The position numbers were made by a program, and so were the translations under genes. Source: an uncultured Gemmatimonas sp. (GTDB lineage: Bacteria > Gemmatimonadota > Gemmatimonadetes > Gemmatimonadales > GWC2-71-9). Taken from it: DNA of 64,000 bases. Shown in pieces: positions 1 to 13,333 of the stretch; position 1 is the stretch's first letter; each line of letters begins with the position of its first letter. The DNA is taken from assembly GCA_964535105.1 (NCBI GenBank), contig CAZHSO010000003.1, positions 14,173 to 78,172 on the forward strand, written 5' to 3'. Below the pieces are notes generated by a model, which did not search any database, was not told the origin of the DNA, and saw only the letters and a list, made by a program, of their open reading frames with translations.

Positions 1-597
1 CCGATCTTTCCCCCGAACACCGCGTATTACAACCGGCGCTATGGGCCACGGGGCTGGAGTGCGGCCGTGCCGCTGAACCTTGCGATCGGTCAAGGCGAGA
101 ATAGCCAGACCCTCATGAACATGATGCGCTTCTACGCGGCGCTCGCCGGGGACGGTAACACCGGCGCTCCTTTCCTCGTGGCGCGTCGGAAAGGAGCGCA
201 GCGCTCCCTCGGCATCACCAGGAAGCAGCTGGCGGGTCTCCAGGCCGCTCTGGCAAGGGTGGTGACCTCGGGCACGGCGGCGGGCAGCGGCGGGCGGCTG
301 CTCAACGTGGCGGGCAAAACCGGCACCGCGCAGAACGAAACCGGGAAGGACCACGGCTGGTTCATCGGTTACGCCCCCGCGGACAATCCCGAGATCGTGG
401 TCGGGGCCATCATGGAGTCGCTCGAGGGACACGGGGGCGCTTTCGTCGCCCCGTACGTCGTTCGGGTCATCAAGCGATACCTCGCCTCGATCGACCCGAC
501 CCTTGCCGCCGCCAGGGTGCGTGTACCGGTGCTCCAGGATTCAGTCACTGGTGCTGGCTCGTCCTTGACCATCCCGCCTGATACCACCGCGCGATGA
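1..597 (+). CDS. mrdA: Penicillin-binding protein 2 (peptidoglycan D,D-transpeptidase), C-terminal fragment; 5' end lies outside the window
   Basis: Frame 1 is open from nt 1. The translation contains NLAIGQGEN and the KTG box (VAGKTGTAQ) of the transpeptidase domain. ATGA start/stop overlap with the SEDS gene that follows, which is the canonical mrdA-rodA pair. Confidence 0.85.
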   Translation, partial: PIFPPNTAYYNRRYGPRGWSAAVPLNLAIGQGENSQTLMNMMRFYAALAGDGNTGAPFLVARRKGAQRSLGITRKQLAGLQAALARVVTSGTAAGSGGRLLNVAGKTGTAQNETGKDHGWFIGYAPADNPEIVVGAIMESLEGHGGAFVAPYVVRVIKRYLASIDPTLAAARVRVPVLQDSVTGAGSSLTIPPDTTAR

Positions 598-1835
598 GGC
601 GCACCGGACTCGACCGGCCCCTCATCGTGGTCGCCGTCCTGCTCGTCACCTTCGGCGTGCTGATGGTGTATTCCGCCGGGCAAACCGACGTGCCTTCCGC
701 GGCGAGGGGACTCTGGCTCCGGCAGATCGTCTGGGTGGGCCTCGCGATCGTCGCGGCGGCGCTGGCGTTCCGGGTCAACTCCCGGATCCTCGAGTGGGGC
801 GCTCCGGGCATCTATGCCCTGGGGTTGCTCCTCCTCGTGCTCACCCTCCTCGTGGGTACCGGTGCCGGATCGGCCGCGAGCAGCAAGAGCTGGCTCCAGA
901 TCGGCGGAATCCGGATCGGGCAACCGGTGGAGCTCGCGAAGCTCGCGACGATTCTCCTGCTGGCGCGGTATCTCTCCTCGCGGCGCGAGCCTCCGGACAG
1001 CCTTCGCCAGCTCGTCGCGCCGGGCGTGATCGCCGCGGTGCCTTTCCTCCTGGTCCTCCGGCAGCCCGATCTCGGCAGCGCCATCGTCTTCGTCGGCATC
1101 CTCTTCGCGATGCTGTTCTGGGCCGGCGTGTCGCCCCGGCTGCTGTTGCTCCTGATCTCTCCCGTCGTGAGTCTGCTCCTCGCCGCCGACACCCGGTGGT
1201 GGGGCGCCTGGATGCTGCTGCTCTTTTTCCTCCTCATCCTCTGGCGCGCGTATGTCGCCGAGGGTGTGCTCATCTATCTGGTCAACGCGGCGATGGGTGT
1301 GCTCGCGATCATCCTCTGGAATAACCTCAAGCCGTACCAGCAGCATCGCCTGACCAGCTTCCTCAATCCGGAGAGCGATCCCGTCCACGCCGGCTACCAG
1401 GCGATCCAGTCCAAGGTCGCTATCGGATCCGGGGGGATTTTCGGCAACGGGTTCCTCGACGGACCGCAAAAGCGACTGGCGTTCCTGCCCGAGCAGCCCA
1501 CGGATTTCATTTTTGCTGTGCTCGGCGAGGAGCTCGGTTTCGTCGGCGTCGTCGCCGCGCTGAGCCTCTTTTTCGTCCTCTTCCTGATCCTGCTCCGAAT
1601 CGCCCGCCGGGCCACTGACCCGTTTTCGAGTCTCGTGGTGTTTGGCGTCCTCGGACTTCTCTTCACCCATCTCTTTGAGAATGTCGGGATGACGATCAAT
1701 GTCATGCCGATCACCGGGATTCCGCTGCCATTCTTTTCATACGGAGGCTCCTTCCTGTTGGGGCTGGGGCTGGCCGTCGGGTTGGTCCTGCGGGTCGCCT
1801 ACGACTCGAGGCTGAGTGGCTATGCCGATACATAG
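594..1835 (+). CDS. rodA: SEDS-family peptidoglycan glycosyltransferase RodA
   Basis: 413-aa polytopic membrane protein. The N-terminus reads LLVTFGVLMVYSAG and the C-terminal SEDS signature is GIPLPFFSYGGS. Coupled to the PBP2 gene by a 4-nt overlap. Confidence 0.9.
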   Translation: MRRTGLDRPLIVVAVLLVTFGVLMVYSAGQTDVPSAARGLWLRQIVWVGLAIVAAALAFRVNSRILEWGAPGIYALGLLLLVLTLLVGTGAGSAASSKSWLQIGGIRIGQPVELAKLATILLLARYLSSRREPPDSLRQLVAPGVIAAVPFLLVLRQPDLGSAIVFVGILFAMLFWAGVSPRLLLLLISPVVSLLLAADTRWWGAWMLLLFFLLILWRAYVAEGVLIYLVNAAMGVLAIILWNNLKPYQQHRLTSFLNPESDPVHAGYQAIQSKVAIGSGGIFGNGFLDGPQKRLAFLPEQPTDFIFAVLGEELGFVGVVAALSLFFVLFLILLRIARRATDPFSSLVVFGVLGLLFTHLFENVGMTINVMPITGIPLPFFSYGGSFLLGLGLAVGLVLRVAYDSRLSGYADT

Positions 1836-1940
1836 CAACAACTTATGTGTCAAGGACTGGCGTCGTGCGAGGAATTGCGCCAGATTGATCGGTCGCTATC
1901 ACCCTGGTGTCACGTTCCTCGTGCCCTCTATCCCGAGCCT

Positions 1941-2822
1941 ATGGCCGTTATGGCGTGGTTCAAGAAGGAGCGAAAGCCCAGGATATCCCAGCGCACGCGG
2001 CTGGAGATTCCGAAGGACGCCTGGGAACGCTGCGAGAACTGCGGACATGTCGATATCCGGGAGCGGTTCGAGAAAGCGCTCAATGTCTGCTCCGAATGCG
2101 GGCACCATCGCCGGTTCACGGCGGAAGAGTACATCGAGCTCCTGACCGATGCCGGGACCTGGCGGGAATTCTTCGCCGGCCTGAGATCGCAGGACCCCCT
2201 CAGCTTCGAGAATTATGGCGATCGGCTCGTCGCCGCCGAGAAAAAGGCGGGGGCCTCGGACGCGATCTACACGGGGTTCGGCCGGCTGGACGGCCTCCCG
2301 TACCATCTGGGCGTGATGAATTTCGCGTTCATGGGTGGCTCGATGGGTTCCGTCGTCGGGGAGAAGATCGCGCGGCTGGCGCGTCGCTCCGCCGACAAGC
2401 GGCTGCCGCTGGTGCTGGTCTGCACCTCGGGGGGAGCCCGGATGCAGGAGGGCGTCCTCTCGCTCATGCAGATGGCCAAGACCTCCGCCGCCATCGCCCA
2501 GCTCAAGATGGGCAGCATACCCTTCGTCACCGTCCTGACCGACCCCACGACCGGCGGCGTCTCGGCGTCGTTCGCCATGCAGGGTGACGCGATCCTGGCG
2601 GAGCCCGGCGCCGTGATCGGCTTTGCCGGGCAGCGCGTGATCAAGCAGACCATCGGGCAGGATCTCCCCGAAGGTTTCCAGACCGCCGAATTCCTCCTCG
2701 AGCACGGGCAGATCGACGACGTCGTGCCCCGCGGCTCCCTCCGCGACACAACGGCCCGGCTCATTCGCCACATGCAGGGGGCGGCGCAGGGTACTGTGGC
2801 GACGGCGGGGGCCACTGCCTGA
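1941..2822 (+). CDS. accD: Acetyl-CoA carboxylase carboxyltransferase beta subunit
   Basis: MAVMAWFKKE N-terminus, then the Zn ribbon CENCGH...CSECGHH, then carboxyltransferase motifs GGSMGSVVGEK and SGGARMQEG. The start was moved to the ATG at 1941 (track ORF starts at 1845); the ATG at 1950 is also possible. Confidence 0.9.
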   Translation: MAVMAWFKKERKPRISQRTRLEIPKDAWERCENCGHVDIRERFEKALNVCSECGHHRRFTAEEYIELLTDAGTWREFFAGLRSQDPLSFENYGDRLVAAEKKAGASDAIYTGFGRLDGLPYHLGVMNFAFMGGSMGSVVGEKIARLARRSADKRLPLVLVCTSGGARMQEGVLSLMQMAKTSAAIAQLKMGSIPFVTVLTDPTTGGVSASFAMQGDAILAEPGAVIGFAGQRVIKQTIGQDLPEGFQTAEFLLEHGQIDDVVPRGSLRDTTARLIRHMQGAAQGTVATAGATA

Positions 2823-2825
2823 CAG

Positions 2826-2892
2826 GGTGAGCGGTAAGCGGTAAGCGGTGAGCGGGTCCAACCCGCTTACCGCTCACTGCTCACTGCTCACC
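2826..2892 (+). repeat. Stacked tandem-heptamer hairpin (GTRAGCG x4 / CGCTYAC x4)
   Basis: ggtgagcggtaagcggtaagcggtgagcgggt - cca - acccgcttaccgctcactgctcactgctcacc. It fills the 77-nt accD-folC spacer, starting 3 nt after the accD stop. The arms are reverse complements apart from 5 transitions. Confidence 0.9.
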
Positions 2893-2899
2893 ATGCACC

Positions 2900-4141
2900 A
2901 TGCCCCTCACCTACGCTGACGCCCTCGCCTACCTCTATCCGCGCGTCACCCAGATCAAATTCGGGCTCGAGACCACCCGGGAGCTGCTCGCGCTCCTCGG
3001 GAATCCGCACGACCAGATTCCGGTGGTCCACGTCGGGGGAACCAACGGGAAGGGGAGCGTCACGGCGCTGGTGACGGCGGCGCTCCGCTCGGCGGGGTGG
3101 CGGGTCGGTGCGTACACCTCTCCGCACCTGGTCTCGTTCCGCGAGCGGATCATGGTCGACGGCGTCCCGATCGGGGAGGAGGCGGTGGCGATGTGGACGG
3201 CGCTCCTTCGGCACACCGCCGACGAGCTGGGAGCGACCTTTTTCGAGACGACCACGGCGATGGCGTTTGCCGACCTCGCCGCGCGGGGCGCGGAGATCGC
3301 GGTCATCGAGGTGGGCCTGGGCGGACGGCTCGACAGCACCAACGTGGTGCGCCCGGTCGCCAGCGTGATCACCAAGATCGAGATGGATCACCAGAAATAC
3401 CTGGGTGAGACCCTCGAAGCGATCGGCAGGGAAAAAGCATGGATTGCGAAGCCGGAGGCGCCGCTCGTCATCGGCGAGACCCGTCCGGCAGTCATCGAGG
3501 TGCTGCGAAGGGAAGCGGCGGCCTCGGTCACCTCGCTCGATCCGGCGGCTCAACCGGATGTGCGGATCGTCGGCCCGGAGGCGCGCTACGACGGCCCGCT
3601 CGCGCTCAAGGGCAATCACCAGCGGCGAAACGCGGCGGTCGCGGCCGAGGTGCTCCGGGCGCTTCCGTCGCCGTACCGGCCGGATGAGCGGGCGCTCCTC
3701 GAGGGGTTCGCGGCTGCCACAGTCCCTGGCCGGCTCGATCAGCGCGGCAAGTGGCTCTTCGACGTGGCCCACAATCCCGACGGGGTCGCGGCCCTTTGCC
3801 TGGCTCTCGCAGAGCTCAAGCCGCGCCGGCCGGTCCATGCGCTCGTGTCGATCCTCGGCGACAAGGCATGGCCCGACATGCTGGTGCAGCTCGACCGCGT
3901 GGTGGACCGGGGCGTGCTCACCGTGACGCCGAGCGCCGAGGGGCGGCGCTGGGATATCGAGTGGCTCAAGCGCTGGCTTCGCGATCCGGCCCGCCCTCCC
4001 GCCCGGGCGCACTGGCAGCTGATTCCAGACTTCGAGGAAGCGCTCGGGCGCGTGCAGCAGGGTGCGGGCACGGTGCTGGTGACCGGCTCTTTTCATACCG
4101 TGGGTGACGTGATGGAGGTTCTCGGGTTTCAACCCGTTTAA
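2900..4141 (+). CDS. folC: Bifunctional folylpolyglutamate synthase / dihydrofolate synthase
   Basis: Mur-ligase P-loop HVGGTNGKGS, 413 aa. The accD-folC adjacency is conserved in many bacteria, including E. coli. Confidence 0.9.
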   Translation: MPLTYADALAYLYPRVTQIKFGLETTRELLALLGNPHDQIPVVHVGGTNGKGSVTALVTAALRSAGWRVGAYTSPHLVSFRERIMVDGVPIGEEAVAMWTALLRHTADELGATFFETTTAMAFADLAARGAEIAVIEVGLGGRLDSTNVVRPVASVITKIEMDHQKYLGETLEAIGREKAWIAKPEAPLVIGETRPAVIEVLRREAAASVTSLDPAAQPDVRIVGPEARYDGPLALKGNHQRRNAAVAAEVLRALPSPYRPDERALLEGFAAATVPGRLDQRGKWLFDVAHNPDGVAALCLALAELKPRRPVHALVSILGDKAWPDMLVQLDRVVDRGVLTVTPSAEGRRWDIEWLKRWLRDPARPPARAHWQLIPDFEEALGRVQQGAGTVLVTGSFHTVGDVMEVLGFQPV

Positions 4142-4154
4142 CTGGAGGCTGGTG

Positions 4155-5399
4155 ATGCGAGGAACCTGGCTTGTGGGCGCCGTGATGATCAGTTCGGCGG
4201 CGTGCGGCAGGGGGAGCGACGCCGGTGGGGATGCCGTCACTCGGGATAGCGCCGGGGTGTCCATCGTGGAGAACAGCGGTTCCCAATGGCCGTCCGGCCA
4301 GGGATGGCGGGTGATCGACAGCGCGGTCGTGGACATCGGCGGGGATATCGACAGCGTGTCCGGGCCGGTCAGGCTCACGAACGGCAGCCTGGCGATCGCG
4401 AATGCCGGCACCCATGAGGTTCGGATCTACGACTCCAGCGGAGCGCACCTGCACACCTCCGGCCGCGCGGGAAGCGGACCCGGCGAATATCAGAACCTCG
4501 CGGGAATCTGGCTCGGCCCCGGCGATTCGATCCTGGTGTCCGACTTCCTGGTGCGGCGTCTCACGGTTCTCGACCCGGACGGGACCTTCCGCCGCTCCTT
4601 TTCGCTGGGCGGCGCGACAGGAACGATGCTCCCGACCGATGGACGGTTCGAGCTTGCGATCCCGCAGGGCTGGTTTGCCGACGGAAGCGTGGCGGGCGTT
4701 ACGATGAGCTTTGCCATCAACCAGACGCGCGAGGGCAGCTATCGTGACTCGGTGAGCGCGGTGCGGTACGGGCCTGATGGAATGGTGCGCGACACGCTCG
4801 GGAGGTTTCCCGGCGCCGAAATGGAGCAGGTGACTATGACGATGGGGGGCCAGTCGTTCTCGGCGCCCACCCCGGTTCCGCTGGGCCGGCAGAGCGTGGC
4901 CGTCGCGCACGGCGATCGATTCTATCTGGCGCAGAACAACGCCTGGGAAATCGAAGTGCGCCGGCTCGACGGGAAGCTGATTCGACTCATCCGGCTGGAC
5001 ACCAGGCCGGTGCCGATCACGCCCGACGATATTGCGGCACACCGCAAGTTCCAGCTCGAACAGATCAAAGGGATTCCCATGATGCGGAACATGCCCGAGG
5101 CGATCAGATCGCAGATCACGGCACGCATCGAGCAGGCAAAGTATCCCGCGACATTGCCGTTCGTGGGCGCATTGCTGATCGATGCCGAGGGGAACATCTG
5201 GGCCCAGGAGGTCCAGCCTCCCCGGATGGAGTCGAGCATCTTTGCGGTGGTGGATTCATCCGGCCGTTTGCTGGGACGGGTAACGATGCCGGCCAATTTC
5301 CGCGCCGCAACGATCGGGACCGACGCCGTGTACGGCGTCTGGAGGGATTCCGACGACGTGCAGCATGTTCGCGCCTACTCGCTCCGAAAGGGTCCCTGA
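4155..5399 (+). CDS. Hypothetical lipoprotein, beta-rich (possibly beta-propeller-like)
   Basis: GGAGG sits 6 nt upstream of the ATG at 4155. Signal peptide with a lipobox-like MISSAAC. Codon-position GC bias is consistent with coding. No catalytic motif recognised. Confidence 0.55.
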   Translation: MRGTWLVGAVMISSAACGRGSDAGGDAVTRDSAGVSIVENSGSQWPSGQGWRVIDSAVVDIGGDIDSVSGPVRLTNGSLAIANAGTHEVRIYDSSGAHLHTSGRAGSGPGEYQNLAGIWLGPGDSILVSDFLVRRLTVLDPDGTFRRSFSLGGATGTMLPTDGRFELAIPQGWFADGSVAGVTMSFAINQTREGSYRDSVSAVRYGPDGMVRDTLGRFPGAEMEQVTMTMGGQSFSAPTPVPLGRQSVAVAHGDRFYLAQNNAWEIEVRRLDGKLIRLIRLDTRPVPITPDDIAAHRKFQLEQIKGIPMMRNMPEAIRSQITARIEQAKYPATLPFVGALLIDAEGNIWAQEVQPPRMESSIFAVVDSSGRLLGRVTMPANFRAATIGTDAVYGVWRDSDDVQHVRAYSLRKGP

Positions 5400-5452
5400 T
5401 CCACAGCTAAATCATGAGTCCCTGAGGGCTTAGGGGGGGTTATCTTTGCCCG

Positions 5453-8198
<2,746 letters not shown>

Positions 8199-8200
8199 GG

Positions 8201-9502
8201 ATGGAGGAGCTCTTCTCTGACGCGGGATTGTCCCGAGACGGCGCGGGGGCACTCCTCCTGGGCAAGGTTTCGCTCGAAGAGCTTGCCCGCGAGGCAGGGA
8301 CACCGGCGTACATCTACAACACCGAATCGATCCGGCGACGCTATGCCGCGCTCGCGGCCGCCATGGGCGCGCTGCCGCACCGGATCCAGTATGCAGTCAA
8401 GGCCAACAGCTGTCTCGCCGTGCTACGTGTCCTGCGCGACCTCGGCGCCGGCTGCGACATCGTGTCGGCCGGTGAGCTCTTTCTTGCCCGGGCGGCGGGA
8501 TTCCCACCGGACCGGATTGTGTTCAGCGGGGTAGGGAAGACAGCGGCCGAGCTCGTCCAAGCCTTCGACGCGGGTATCGGGCAGATCAACATCGAGTCGC
8601 TCGAAGAGCTGAGCCTGCTCTCCGAGCTTGCGAAGGGCCGCGTCGGCGCCGCGCCGGTTCGCGTCGGCATCCGGGTCAATCCCGATGTCACCGTCGATAC
8701 CCATCCGTACATCACCACCGGCACGGCGGCCGCCAAGTTCGGAATTCCCGCCGACCAGGTCCTGGACGCCGCCAGGCGTATCGCCGGGGAACCGAAGCTT
8801 TTGCTCAGCGGTATCGCGATGCACGTCGGCAGTCAGCTGCTGGAGACCGAGCCGTACACGACGGGCGCCGCCCGCCTGGCCGTGCTGGTCGGTACGATTC
8901 GCGGGGCGGGCATCACGACGCTCGAGTCGATCGGCATCGGCGGCGGACTGGGCATCCGCTACAAGGACGAGATCCCGCTCGATCCCAAAGACCTCGCCGC
9001 GGCCATCGGCCCGATCACGGCGCCGCTGGACCTGGCTGTCCACCTCGAGCCGGGACGGTACCTCGTCGGCAGCGCGGGAATCCTGCTCACGACCGTTCTC
9101 TACCGGAAGCAGGCGGGCGGCAAGCATTTCGTGGTGGTCGATGCCGGCATGACCGACCTGGTGCGGCCCAGCCGGTACAATGCCCACCACGAGATGGTCG
9201 TCGCCCGGGATCAGGGCCGGGCGCTCAGGCACGTGGATGTGGTCGGTCCGATCTGCGAGAGCGGCGATTTCCTGGCGCTCGACCGCCCCCTCCCGCTGGT
9301 GGAGGCGGGTGACGTGATCGCGATCCTGGGCGCCGGCGCGTACGGGTTCGTGATGGCGTCGACCTACAACGCGCGGGCCCGTCCTCCGGAGCTCCTGGTG
9401 GATGGGAGCAGGTGGGCCATCGCGCGGCCGCGCGAGCAGTTGGAAGAGCTAATTCGTGGTGAACGGCCGGATTGCCTCAGCCGCCCCGCTGACTCGCCAT
9501 GA
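8201..9502 (+). CDS. lysA: Diaminopimelate decarboxylase
   Basis: PLP-Lys motif YAVKAN, plus GIGGGLGI and CESGD motifs. The start was moved to the ATG at 8201, 3 nt after the proS stop. Confidence 0.9.
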   Translation: MEELFSDAGLSRDGAGALLLGKVSLEELAREAGTPAYIYNTESIRRRYAALAAAMGALPHRIQYAVKANSCLAVLRVLRDLGAGCDIVSAGELFLARAAGFPPDRIVFSGVGKTAAELVQAFDAGIGQINIESLEELSLLSELAKGRVGAAPVRVGIRVNPDVTVDTHPYITTGTAAAKFGIPADQVLDAARRIAGEPKLLLSGIAMHVGSQLLETEPYTTGAARLAVLVGTIRGAGITTLESIGIGGGLGIRYKDEIPLDPKDLAAAIGPITAPLDLAVHLEPGRYLVGSAGILLTTVLYRKQAGGKHFVVVDAGMTDLVRPSRYNAHHEMVVARDQGRALRHVDVVGPICESGDFLALDRPLPLVEAGDVIAILGAGAYGFVMASTYNARARPPELLVDGSRWAIARPREQLEELIRGERPDCLSRPADSP

Positions 9503-11052
9503 CGACGCACGACAGGATCCTCATCCTCGACTACGGCTCCCAGTTCACCCAGCTGATTGCCCGGCGGGTGCGCGAAGCCCATGTGTACTCGGAGATCCAT
9601 CCATCGAACCGCTCACTGGCCTGGATCCGCGAGTGGGGTCCGAAGGGAATCATTCTTTCCGGTGGTCCCAACTCCGTCTATGACGAGGGCGCGCCGCTCG
9701 CACCAAAGGAGCTGCTCGACCTCGGCATTCCGGTGCTCGGACTTTGCTACGGGATGCAGCTCATCGCGCATCTCGCCGGAGCGCGAGTGGTGAGCGCGTC
9801 GCGGAAGGAGTACGGCCGGGCCGCGGTCAAGGTCCACGGCGGCCGTCTCTTCCAAAGCTTCACGCCGGGCGAAGAGATCCAGGTATGGATGAGTCACGGC
9901 GACCACGTGGACGCCCCGCCTCCGGGCTATGTGGCCATCGCGTCGAGCGCGAATTCGCCGGTCGCCGGCTTCGAGCATGAGAGCAAGCCGGTCTTCGCGG
10001 TACAATTTCATCCCGAGGTCGCGCACACTCCCCGCGGCGGAGAAATCATCGCGAGCTTTCTCTTCGATGTCTGCGGCTGCACCCCCGACTGGACCGCCGG
10101 GCATTTCATCGAGAGCGAGGTCGCGCGGATCATCCGTCAGGTCGGGCCGGCGACCCGAGTGATCTGTGGGCTTTCCGGTGGGGTCGATTCGTCGGTGGCT
10201 GCCGCGCTGGTCCATCGCGCCGTCGGCAACCGGCTCACCTGCATCTTCGTGGATCACGGGCTGCTCCGGTTGCGCGAACGGGAGCAGGTCGAGCAGACCT
10301 TCCGCAGGCATCTGGGCATCGACCTCCGGGTGATCGAGGCGAGCGACCGGTTCCTCGCCCGACTCGATGGGGTCGTCGATCCCGAAGAAAAGCGGCGCAT
10401 CATTGGGCACGAGTTCATCGAGGTGTTTGCCGACGAGGCCAGCGCAGTGGGTGGAGATGTCGGCTTCCTGGTGCAGGGAACGCTCTACCCCGACGTCATC
10501 GAATCGACATCGCCCGGAGGAGGGCCATCGGTCACCATCAAGACCCACCACAATGTCGGCGGGCTTCCAGAGAAACTGCCCTTCGCGCTGATCGAGCCGC
10601 TCCGCGAGCTCTTCAAGGACGAAGTGCGCCAGGTGGGGCGCGAGCTGGGCCTGCCGGAGGAGATCGTCGGCCGGCATCCGTTTCCCGGGCCGGGATTGGC
10701 CATCCGAATTCTTGGCGCGGTCACCCGCCCGGCGCTCGACATGCTCCGGCAGGTGGATGCGATCTACATCGAAGAGATTCGCGCGGCGGGACTCTACGAC
10801 GAGATCTGGCAGGCCTTTTCCGTGCTGCTCCCGATCCGCTCGGTGGGAGTGCAGGGGGACTTCCGCACCTACGATCAGGCGGTGGCCCTGCGCGCGGTCA
10901 CCAGCCGCGACGGGATGACCGCCGACTGGTACCCCTTCCCACCGGAGGTGCTGGGGCACATCTCGAATCGCATCGCCAACGAGGTGAAGGGGGTGAACCG
11001 GGTGGTGTACGACGTGAGCTCGAAGCCGCCCGCCACGATCGAGTGGGAGTAG
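9499..11052 (+). CDS. guaA: GMP synthase (glutamine-hydrolysing)
   Basis: GATase1 nucleophile motif GLCYGMQL and FHPEV, ATP-pyrophosphatase motif SGGVDSS, C-terminus ATIEWE. ATGA overlap with lysA. Confidence 0.95.
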   Translation: MTTHDRILILDYGSQFTQLIARRVREAHVYSEIHPSNRSLAWIREWGPKGIILSGGPNSVYDEGAPLAPKELLDLGIPVLGLCYGMQLIAHLAGARVVSASRKEYGRAAVKVHGGRLFQSFTPGEEIQVWMSHGDHVDAPPPGYVAIASSANSPVAGFEHESKPVFAVQFHPEVAHTPRGGEIIASFLFDVCGCTPDWTAGHFIESEVARIIRQVGPATRVICGLSGGVDSSVAAALVHRAVGNRLTCIFVDHGLLRLREREQVEQTFRRHLGIDLRVIEASDRFLARLDGVVDPEEKRRIIGHEFIEVFADEASAVGGDVGFLVQGTLYPDVIESTSPGGGPSVTIKTHHNVGGLPEKLPFALIEPLRELFKDEVRQVGRELGLPEEIVGRHPFPGPGLAIRILGAVTRPALDMLRQVDAIYIEEIRAAGLYDEIWQAFSVLLPIRSVGVQGDFRTYDQAVALRAVTSRDGMTADWYPFPPEVLGHISNRIANEVKGVNRVVYDVSSKPPATIEWE

Positions 11053-11053
11053 C

Positions 11054-11506
11054 CTAAACCCCCTTTTCCTCGAGCAGGCGGAAGAGCTGCTCCGCATCCT
11101 CGAGAGCCCTCAGCCGATCCGGCACGTCCGGCATCTGGGCGAACTGGGCAAGCTTTCCGAGCACCGGCAGATACTGATTCGACACTTCGGTCGGCGGTGC
11201 CACAATCATAAAGAAGATATGCACCGGGCGGTGATCGACGGCATCGTACTCCAGGCCGGCGCGGTGCAGCCCGAAGCCCAGGCGCAATCGATTGAGCGCG
11301 AGGGAGCGGCAGTGCGGGATGGCGAATCCTCGCCCCACGCCGGTTGAGCCCAGCGCCTCTCGCCGCTTGAGCAACCGGCTCACCTGCAGGGTCGAGCGCT
11401 CATCGAGACGCAGCAGGGCCACCAATTCATCGAACACCAGGTCCTTGGTCGGGGCCTGAAGGTCGAGGGAGACGGCGTTGGGGTCCAGGAATTCACCGAG
11501 GCGCAT
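11054..11506 (-). CDS. ptsN: PTS EIIA(Ntr)-type nitrogen regulatory protein
   Basis: 150 aa, EIIA type-2 fold with the phosphorylatable His in GFAIPH. Its stop lies 1 nt from the convergent guaA stop. Confidence 0.8.
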   Translation of the reverse strand: MRLGEFLDPNAVSLDLQAPTKDLVFDELVALLRLDERSTLQVSRLLKRREALGSTGVGRGFAIPHCRSLALNRLRLGFGLHRAGLEYDAVDHRPVHIFFMIVAPPTEVSNQYLPVLGKLAQFAQMPDVPDRLRALEDAEQLFRLLEEKGV

Positions 11507-11588
11507 TCCCGGTGTAGTCTAGATTGGTGGGAAGGCGTCCGGTACCCCCCGCGTTGCCGCTTCCGCCTTTGCCAAATAGCTTTCCCTC

Positions 11589-12572
11589 ATGCGGTTATCG
11601 TTCTTCTCCTCCCCCGGCGTCCCCCTCATCCTGGCTCCCATGGCCGGGGTGTCGGAAGGCCCGTTTCGTCAGATCTGCCGTCGCTTCGGCGCCGACATCC
11701 TCATGACGGAATTCCTCTCTGCCGAGGCGATCCGCCGCGGAATTCGGCGGACGCTCGAGGGAGCGGAGTTCGAGGAGATCGAGCGCCCGGTCGGGGTCCA
11801 GATCTATGGCGCCGATCCGCTCGGAATGGCGCGCGCCGCGGCGATCGTCACCGACGCATATCACCCCGACTTCATCGACATCAACTTCGGATGTCCGGTG
11901 AAGAAGGTGGTGCAGCGCAATGGCGGCTCGGGATGCCTCCGGGACATGGACCTGGTCGAGCGAATCATCCGCGACGTCGTGGCTGCGACGCACCTCCCCG
12001 TGTCGGTGAAGACCCGAAGCGGCTGGAACGACGAGTCGCGTGACCCCGTCGGCATCGCGCTCCGGATGCAGGACGCCGGTGCTGCGGCCTTCACGCTCCA
12101 CGCCCGCACCCGCTCGCAGATGTTCCAGGGCAAGGCCGACTGGGACGAGATCGCCCGGGTGGTCGAGGCCCTGGAGATTCCCGTCATCGGAAATGGCGAC
12201 ATCAACAGCGCCGGCGATATCCTGCGCATGCGGGAGCACACCGGCTGCGCCGCGGTCATGGTGGGACGCGGCGCCTTCGGGAATCCGTGGATCTTCCGCG
12301 ACGGTGGGGCGCTGCTGCGGGGCGAAGACCCCGGGCCGCCGCCCGGCGCGGGGGAGCGATTCGCCGTTGCCCTCGATCATGCCCGGCTGGCCCTTCGCCT
12401 TCAGGGCGACGAGCGCAAGACCGTCATCGAATTCCGAAAGCACCTCGGCTGGTACACCAAGGGACTCCCGGCGTCGGCGCATCTCCGCGAGCGCCTCTTC
12501 CAGGTGGAATCGATGGTCGAAGCCGAAGCGATCTTCCGCGACTACCTCGAGCCGGCCGTCCAGGCGGCGTGA
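11589..12572 (+). CDS. dusB: tRNA-dihydrouridine synthase
   Basis: LAPMAGVSEGPFR N-terminus and the catalytic Cys motif INFGCPVKKV. 327 aa. Confidence 0.88.
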   Translation: MRLSFFSSPGVPLILAPMAGVSEGPFRQICRRFGADILMTEFLSAEAIRRGIRRTLEGAEFEEIERPVGVQIYGADPLGMARAAAIVTDAYHPDFIDINFGCPVKKVVQRNGGSGCLRDMDLVERIIRDVVAATHLPVSVKTRSGWNDESRDPVGIALRMQDAGAAAFTLHARTRSQMFQGKADWDEIARVVEALEIPVIGNGDINSAGDILRMREHTGCAAVMVGRGAFGNPWIFRDGGALLRGEDPGPPPGAGERFAVALDHARLALRLQGDERKTVIEFRKHLGWYTKGLPASAHLRERLFQVESMVEAEAIFRDYLEPAVQAA

Positions 12573-13333
12573 ACCGGGCTCGTCTCGAGCGCCTTCTGGA
12601 GGACGTAGCCGCCGGCTCGGTAACACCGGGGCACGCGCTCGATTCGCTCGCCCAGTTTCCTACTGAAGATCTCGCCTTCGCCCAGCTCGACCATCACCGC
12701 GCGCTCCGCCAGGGACATCCGGAGGTCGTCTTTGCCGCGAGCAAGACGACGGCGCAGGTCGTCGCCATCTGCGAGGCGCTCGAGTCGGCGCATGGTGGTT
12801 TTCTCTGCACTCGCGTGAGTGACGACCAGGCTGCCGCCCTCCGGAACCGGTTTCCGGGATTGGGCCACAGCGCGGCAGGGCGCACGGCATGGCTTCCTGC
12901 GGCGTCACCCGCGACCCTCGAAGGAAACCTGCTGGTGGTGACCGCGGGAACCAGCGATCTCGAGGTGGCGGAAGAAGCCGCCACGACCGCCGAGGCGATG
13001 GGTGTCCGGGTCTCCCGACTCTCCGATGTCGGCGTCGCGGGGATCCACCGGGTCCTGAGCGCCGGCGACACGCTCCAGCGAGCCGATGTGATCATCGTGG
13101 TGGCGGGAATGGAAGGGGCGCTCCCGAGCGTCGTGGGTGGCCTCGTTGCTGCGCCGGTCATCGCCGTGCCCACGAGCGTAGGCTATGGTGCGTCGTTCGG
13201 CGGTGTGGCGGCGCTCCTCGGCATGCTGAATTCCTGTGCCGCGGGGGTGACGGTGGTCAACATCGACAACGGCTTCGGTGCGGCGATGGCCGCGGTCCGG
13301 TTGCTGTCCATTCGCGCGCGGAAAGGTGGCTGA
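12569..13333 (+). CDS. larB: Nickel-pincer cofactor biosynthesis protein LarB (PurE-like NaAD carboxylase/hydrolase)
   Basis: N-terminal LDHHRALRQGHPEVVFAASKT followed by a PurE-like domain (VVTAGTSDLEVAEEA, VVAGMEGALPSVVGG, VIAVPTSVGYG). GTG start at 12569 in a GTGA overlap with the dus stop. The upstream 94 codons of the track ORF overlap dus and were rejected. Confidence 0.8.
   Translation: MNRARLERLLEDVAAGSVTPGHALDSLAQFPTEDLAFAQLDHHRALRQGHPEVVFAASKTTAQVVAICEALESAHGGFLCTRVSDDQAAALRNRFPGLGHSAAGRTAWLPAASPATLEGNLLVVTAGTSDLEVAEEAATTAEAMGVRVSRLSDVGVAGIHRVLSAGDTLQRADVIIVVAGMEGALPSVVGGLVAAPVIAVPTSVGYGASFGGVAALLGMLNSCAAGVTVVNIDNGFGAAMAAVRLLSIRARKGG

Noticed and set aside
11527-11573. Possible degenerate member of the hairpin family in the ptsN/dus divergent spacer (ggtgggaaggcg ... 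gcgttgccgcttccgcctttgcc).
   Set aside because: It has only a loose resemblance to the CTTTGCC arm. The periodicity is poor, the putative first arm pairs weakly, and it could simply be promoter-region sequence.
12287-12568. N-terminal extensions of the track ORFs for several genes: larB (from 12287), corA (from 12889), htrA (to 36681), purL (to 30212), purE (to 20630), aspS (from 46868), phoH (from 47812), meaB (from 53647), the mutase small subunit (from 57982) and the S8 peptidase (from 60006).
   Set aside because: The extensions overlap the well-supported upstream gene in another frame and are Arg/Pro-rich. In each case a start codon forming a 1-4 nt start/stop overlap, or preceded by an SD, coincides with the beginning of family-typical sequence.
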